Source: Pocillopora damicornis (lineage: Eukaryota). Taken from it: DNA of 64,000 nt. How positions within the stretch are numbered: the stretch's first letter is position 1; the number at the start of each line of letters is the position of its first letter. The notes under the pieces are model-generated. The model saw only the letters and a program-made list of their open reading frames with translations, did no database searches and was not told the origin of the DNA. Location: contig NW_020844479.1 in assembly GCF_003704095.1 (NCBI RefSeq), forward strand, positions 1 to 64,000. The letters run 5' to 3'. This document shows positions 57,701 to 64,000 of the stretch, piece after piece. Made by a program: the position numbers and the translations under genes.

Positions 57701-60700
57701 GAAATGATTTAATACGAGCAAGAGTTAATAACAATCTGAACTTTGTACTCGCCACTGCCCTAAATTGAATAATCAACAACAGATTGAACAGCTTGAAGAA
57801 ATGACACAAAAACAGAGCTAAAGTCAGAAAACTTTCTATAAAACTTGACAAATCCTATTGATTTATAGACTGAAACAATCATGGTTCAACAAGTTAAAAA
57901 AAAAAGGCTAAAAAAGACATTTCTTTTTAAGGGAATGAAATTTGATTTTAGGAGGTAAAGATGGATTAAATGTTATTGCAAAAATTATTAATAATGGTAA
58001 TAGGACTGAGTGGAATCCAATTTGGTCTGTAATCATACAGGTGATGAACAAAATGAGACAACCGCAAAGTAGGGGTCCAATTTGTCAGTCACAAGTATGA
58101 TTACAAACAGATTTGGATGAAACAAAGTCCTGTTACCAATTAATCAAAACTAAGACGAAATTTGAGAAAGAAATTAAAAATCAGTCATACATTGTCATGA
58201 AAAAAAACTGACAGTTAACTTGGTGAAATGTGAGACAACAGTGTGTGCACATGACATGTTCTGTCCACCTACATAGGCATGACATGTTAACTTTCCTTTT
58301 AACAGTTCTATTAACACTGCTCAGTTACAAGCATGACATGTACACTGTCCTTATTAGTGTTCAAATCGGGCTGGTGATAGCCAATCACTTTAAAGAATTT
58401 TGAAGTAGTTTTGATTAGTAACCCTTTAATTCCCAGATCAAATCTGTAATTCTTCTCACTGTAAACCATACAATTCTTATAATGTTAGTTCAGAGAATTT
58501 AGCATTGGATCTACGAATTATCCTTAAATTGATATTTTTCTTTATTCTCATCACTTGTCTGGTTGATATTGTATTGATATTTTAAAGAGAAATTCTGTCA
58601 TGCTCACTCATAGGAGTTAAAGTGTTAAGTGGTTCCAGGTTAACTGACCATTCAGTACAGGTGGGGGACTATACAAAAAGGCCATCGAAACTCACTGAAG
58701 GATGACTCACTGTGACCACTTAATGGAGGTGACCACTAAATAGAGGTAAAAGTTACTGCAATTAAGGGGGAACAATTTCAGGACTTTGACAACTGACTGC
58801 TTATTACAGGGTGAGTGCTTAGTTTTGTGCTGCTTAACACAGGTTTGACTATGGTACTGTAGTTTTAAAACGTGCCAAACAATCAGCAGCTTTAAGTGTG
58901 CTTGTAGTCACTGGGCTGCCAATCTTAAGCAAAATTGTAGGTACATTTTGAAAGTTTTGAATGTTTGGGAAACATTAATGAAACAGCACTGCAATCATAC
59001 TTACAGAATTAAAACAACTACGAGTCTTCAGAGTCATCTGTGTTGTGGGAAGCTTGGATTGAGCAAACTTAGAAGTATTTTGCAAAGGACGTGCTTTTCG
59101 TGCTTTGAAGGGTGACTGAAACACTCCACTTTGGGTGTTGCTTTCTTGCAAAATTCTCCTTGGAGTAACAGGGAAGTTCATGTCATCTGGAAATTCTGTT
59201 GACTGTGGTGAAATACTGCTTGCCGACTCAGGGGAAGAAGCAGATTTTGTAGTTCTTTGGTCATTTTCTAGATCTCTTTCAGCTGACACAGCTTTTTTAT
59301 CATCTTGGACAGTAAATGTTTGTGATAAAAGCTTACATATATCACGATTCTCTTTTTCATCTGTCATATTATCATTATTCTGGGTTAAGGAAGAATTTTT
59401 GATGAATATTGACACTGCAGTGGCTTCTTTAAACAGTTCTGCAATTTGTTCACCATTGAGGGGACTCAAGGGCTTAAATTTTTCATCATCTTGAACACCA
59501 CTGTTAACAGTAACACATCTTTCTCTGTGACCCACAGGACCAAAGAAGACTTCATCCTCATCTTCTTCATCGGCATTAATCTCTCTGATAAAGAAAAAGG
59601 AGAAAAAGCATTATGTATTATTATATGGTGAGGTAGTCTTGAGGTACATCTGAGTGTTCTGATTGGTTTTTGATTGGTCGAGATTTTGTAAAAAAGGTCA
59701 TTATCCTTGCACTTTTATTTGCGAAAGCTGGAAAATTCAAAATAAACAACTTTGGTCTAAGTGCCATGCAATAAACTTCTTATCAATCTTCCTTGCATGA
59801 GCCATACTAGGAAATATTGGCCCTAATAGATAACTTTGTATGGACCTTACCACCCTTAATCCATGCTGCCAAGACTGATGGCCAATATTTTCTAGTACAG
59901 GCCTCAATCTTTTTCAGTAAGTTGTTCTTCAAAAGCATGTACCAGTAAAACAATTTTAAGATAACTCTTGGGTGAAGGCAGAATTTTGAGTGGGAGGTTT
60001 TTTACTTCATTGAGGAGCATGCCTGGTTGCTGGTTAGTCTTGGAAAGAAGGGTAGACTTCTAAATAGAAGAGAATGATCATCCAAAATTTTAGATTAAGT
60101 CCCTCAGGAAGAAAACTCTTGGCACAAGCCAAGCTTTTTTTCACTCCTTCAAGAGACCACTTTGAAGCAGAGACAGTTTACTATGATTTCTTTAGGTATT
60201 GATGTTACAAAAAAAATTCATTGATCTTCATAGCTGCAATGGGATTTTGCACACTCTGACAAGTATCCCTTCCCCTTTCATTTGAGTGCCCCAATGCCCC
60301 TCCCCCCCTGCCGCCAAATGGTTGCATTCATATTAGAGCAGGTAAGGAATTTGACTTCCTTTTTACATTGAGACTTCGAGAAAAATTTGTACTTTTGTAT
60401 ACTCCTTCAACCACCGGTATATGTCTAAGACCTAACGCACATTTGTGTGTCGAAAAACATAGAAATAACAAACATATTTCATATTTCCTGCTGGAGCCAT
60501 GGCATGTAAGCAACTGTAATTCAACCGATCTTGTGGGAACAATTGCTATTTACGTACTTTCTGGTTGATAACCAACAATTGATACACACATGCAGTGTAA
60601 CTTACCGAACATCAAAATCAATTGGCGAGAGTGGCACGTCAAAATCGAACTTCTCGTCTTCAATGAGACTGGACACACCGCCAATAGCACTGGGAAACGC

Positions 60701-61021
60701 TACAAAGGCAGAATTCTGAATTCAAACAGTTTGTCGAAATGGAAGTAGACATTGCCAAAGACAGTTAAACGTAATCTTACGCTCATGAAAAATCTCTCTG
60801 ATCATGACTGACCTTCTGAAACGTAGGAGCCAAGGTTTTATTCAATGATAATGAAAACTTATCAACTTTAACACAGGGTTTATAATTCTTAAATATAGAT
60901 TTCGTAAAAGCTTCCACGAACAAGCGATCCCCCACTTCATCCAGACAAAGGTCAATGCCGGGATAAAAACACAGTCTCAGAAAGCTCGTGAAAACTTACC
61001 TTCACAGTTTGAAGTTGCCAT
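54741..61021 (-). CDS. GTSE1: GTSE1/PSRC1-like microtubule-associated protein (7 coding exons)
   Basis: Exons 61000-61021, 60606-60699, 59005-59584, 57636-57698, 56220-56982, 55066-55433, 54741-54761, all phase-consistent. GTSE1 N-terminal motif LIEDEKFDFD...EDEVFFGPVGHRERCV...SPLNGEQIAELFKEA, then a basic S/T/P-rich disordered body, ending GNLIDI*. Confidence 0.85.
58418..58628 (+). mobile_element. piggyBac-like MITE copy
   Basis: TAACCCTTTAATTCCCAGATC...TAGGAGTTAAAGTGTTAA. Confidence 0.75.
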
Positions 61022-61798
61022 GTTGAATGAAGATCTTAACAAGCCATTTTATTCAATATCGTGCTTCTAAGGTAAATCTGCAAATTCCTGAAAAAATTGT
61101 GGAGCACGTTCAAAACTCGTTCAAATCTGTTCGAAGCGTCCAGCTCTTCCCGGTACGATTTAAAATTATCACGTGACGGTTGAACTTTGTTGCGATTGGC
61201 CAATTTCAATGACAACACATCATGGTTGTTTATTGCTTTATTTCATCCATCTCGTGTACTGTTTATTGTACCACTGATAGCTTCCCTTTACAAAAATACA
61301 TCCAAGTTATAATACATGTGCTAAAAGACAGAAATTCTGAAGCTGTAGAAATTTTCATTCTTCTCGAGTGCGGTGATGGTATGTATTGCACGATAAAGCA
61401 GAGAACGAATCGCAAATTCATGAAGAAACCGCAACATTAATCTACATCCAAACCAGAGATGCCATTCTCTAGAAATTCAATCCGAAATCTAGAACTGTTT
61501 GCCTAAGGATCATTTGCTCACCACCTCCCCCTAAATTTGTTTTCCAATGCTCTCTCTTAATCTCTCCCAAAAAGAGGCTACCACTGATGCACGTCAGCCA
61601 TCCTTCGACATTAACTCCAAACTTTCCTCGACAGGGGTAAATTTCATCATTGATTTCCGGTCATTTTAGAAATTCACTCATATCTAAGAGATTTAACGAA
61701 CTGTGCAAGAGACCGGCGGGAAATTAGTTCTATGTCAGGAGGACCTATAACGAATTCCAAAAACATAAGCATCTCTCTGGGGATTGCGAAATATTACT

Positions 61799-62314
61799 NN
61801 NNNNNNNNNNNNNNNNNNNNNNNNNNNNNNNNNNNNNNNNNNNNNNNNNNNNNNNNNNNNNNNNNNNNNNNNNNNNNNNNNNNNNNNNNNNNNNNNNNNN
61901 NNNNNNNNNNNNNNNNNNNNNNNNNNNNNNNNNNNNNNNNNNNNNNNNNNNNNNNNNNNNNNNNNNNNNNNNNNNNNNNNNNNNNNNNNNNNNNNNNNNN
62001 NNNNNNNNNNNNNNNNNNNNNNNNNNNNNNNNNNNNNNNNNNNNNNNNNNNNNNNNNNNNNNNNNNNNNNNNNNNNNNNNNNNNNNNNNNNNNNNNNNNN
62101 NNNNNNNNNNNNNNNNNNNNNNNNNNNNNNNNNNNNNNNNNNNNNNNNNNNNNNNNNNNNNNNNNNNNNNNNNNNNNNNNNNNNNNNNNNNNNNNNNNNN
62201 NNNNNNNNNNNNNNNNNNNNNNNNNNNNNNNNNNNNNNNNNNNNNNNNNNNNNNNNNNNNNNNNNNNNNNNNNNNNNNNNNNNNNNNNNNNNNNNNNNNN
62301 NNNNNNNNNNNNNN
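61799..62314. other. Assembly gap (others: 1914-2013, 12921-12996, 29160-29259, 31528-31661, 36456-36555)
   Basis: Runs of N. Confidence 0.99.
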
Positions 62315-63801
62315 CCCCCCCCCCCGCCTAAATTCAGGCTTTGTCATGAGGGGTGGGAGTGAATAACATCCAAAAGATTACAGGAATGCATCGTCAATTT
62401 AATCAACAAGAATGTAAAACTACTTACAATAAACTTACAATAATCTATATTAAGAATTTTTTTTAATCATCGAGATCTAAATTAATCAAAACTAGAATCA
62501 TGTCCCTCATCGGGCTTACAAAATAAGGCTGTAAAAATTATTCTATATTTTAAATATATAAATATCTAGATCTATGACATTTTGGAATGTAATCTTCGGA
62601 AAACTAAGAATGGATTTGAATCGATGAAATTTTCATTAAAATATCGAGGCGTTGGGCATTACGTTTTTTTTTTGTATCAATTCCACTTCTGGTTACACAT
62701 GTTCTTATCCTATGATTGTAAATGGCTGGCCTCAAAGTCATCATAAGTCTATAAATCCTCCAGAATTACCTCCCCCCTCCCCTATGATGATAAATAATGA
62801 GCTGTCCCAAGAGCCCATTATCCGGAGCTTCTATCTTTCATACTTACCCTCTGAGTCAACCCTGTCCCGTATCTTTTTATTTTTAGAGGCGCCTTCCACG
62901 GGGTTTTTCGCGGGTGTTTACATAATAGCCAATCATAAAAGAGCTGTGGTCCTTTATTGTTACGTCACATGCAGGCGGCACGAAAGTATTTTAATAATGG
63001 CGAAAAGCGTGGAAAGTTTACCATTTTTTGGGGGGTGTTATGCGAACGTCAGCGTGTTTTCGCGGGAAATTGAATAACACCCATATATCTCAGTTCTAAA
63101 AATAAAAAGATACGGGACAGGGTTTACTCAAGGGTAAAATTGGTATGGAAGCTCCGTGTAATGGGCTCCTGGTTGTCCTAGACACAAATTGTTCAGGTGA
63201 CAGTTCTAAGATATATAGAAATCGGATAAATAATATTAAAAAAATTAGAAATGTTACTCGACAATGGTATATGATCTCCTGTATTGCATACTTCAATCAG
63301 GTTCAACCCATTTTGAGACACTGTTTATGCATGAGCGATTATATATATGTACTCCAATACAAGAAGCCTCTTAGTATTCTTTAAAAACAAACAAACATCT
63401 TGCATCTCTTAAAAAAAAACAGAATTAGACTGTAAATAGCGGCTACGCTTTCATTTTTAGTCGTTTTTATGACGGGTAAAAACTAAGACATTATTTTTCT
63501 TCCAATTAAGTCTTTCGCATCCATTGGGAATTAAGAGGTACATGAACCCTGTTGTACCCGGCTGGGACATTGGCCGGTAATGACATCCCGCGACGGAGCC
63601 CCAGTCCGACGGCTTTTTTTTTTTTTTTGCCTGACCTTCGCCATTTTCTGTGCGCCCACTTTTTCGTTTGTTCCAACTGACAGAAAACCTGTCATGGGCT
63701 AACTTTCCTCTGGCAAGGTACTCTATGGAAAAGATCCTTCGAACTGTCCTTGTTAGTAGAAATTCATTTAATTCAAAGTTCCTCTGACTAAGTGTGCGCA
63801 C

Positions 63802-64000
63802 TCAAACTTGATCTGGGACTACATCAGGACGTGAACCCAACGACGGCGGAGATTCAGCAGCAACAAAAGTAACTGTCTCTTTTCGTGGTGGTTTATCCAT
63901 CATCAACGACGAAGATGGTGTATAAACAGCATTCTTTCCCTGCGTATTCGACCTAGGGTATCCCGTTTGAGAATCGGTCTCCGTAGGCCGGAAATTCAAT
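63802..64000 (-). CDS. Probable 3' end of a gene extending beyond the window (unidentified low-complexity C-terminal tail)
   Basis: Frame is open from the window edge to TGA at 63802-63804 and is more GC-rich than the flanks. ...PSSSLMMDKPPRKETVTFVAAESPPSLGSRPDVVPDQV*. No domain recognised. Confidence 0.5.
   Translation of the reverse strand, partial: LNFRPTETDSQTGYPRSNTQGKNAVYTPSSSLMMDKPPRKETVTFVAAESPPSLGSRPDVVPDQV

Noticed and set aside
55124-59494. Plus-strand ORFs 55124-55513, 56336-56662 and 59135-59494
   Set aside because: Antisense shadows of GTSE1-like exons.
61732-62362. ~200-aa ORFs across the large N run (and similar ORFs at other gaps)
   Set aside because: Artefacts of translating N.
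1-64000. CRISPR arrays, rRNA, intact transposase or reverse transcriptase ORFs
   Set aside because: None seen. Repeats are dispersed, not regularly interspaced, and no autonomous-element ORF is present.

Overview
AT-rich, intron-rich animal genomic DNA with six N-gaps. The MITE/SINE landscape suggests a cnidarian, probably a stony coral (inference). Most genes are spliced and largely invisible in the ORF track, so I rebuilt them by hand from splice sites and reading phase. Recognisable genes: THOC7 (-), PRPF18 (-, with a U12-type-looking intron), TPRKB (+), ALG10 (+) and a GTSE1-like gene (-). Less ordinary genes: (1) an intronless 275-aa gene head-to-head with THOC7 whose C-terminal domain looks like a toxin-type RNase module; (2) a signal-peptide EEP phosphoesterase with a Cys-rich module and a transmembrane hairpin inserted before its catalytic SDH motif; (3) an intronless divergent otopetrin-like protein with altered pore motifs and a dileucine sorting signal; (4) a ~19-exon micro-exon coiled-coil gene I cannot name; (5) a convergent pair of ~100-aa paralogues I cannot name. 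The window opens with an LTR plus primer-binding site followed almost immediately by a histone H2B fragment. Family assignments come from motif recognition and memory; no searches were run.
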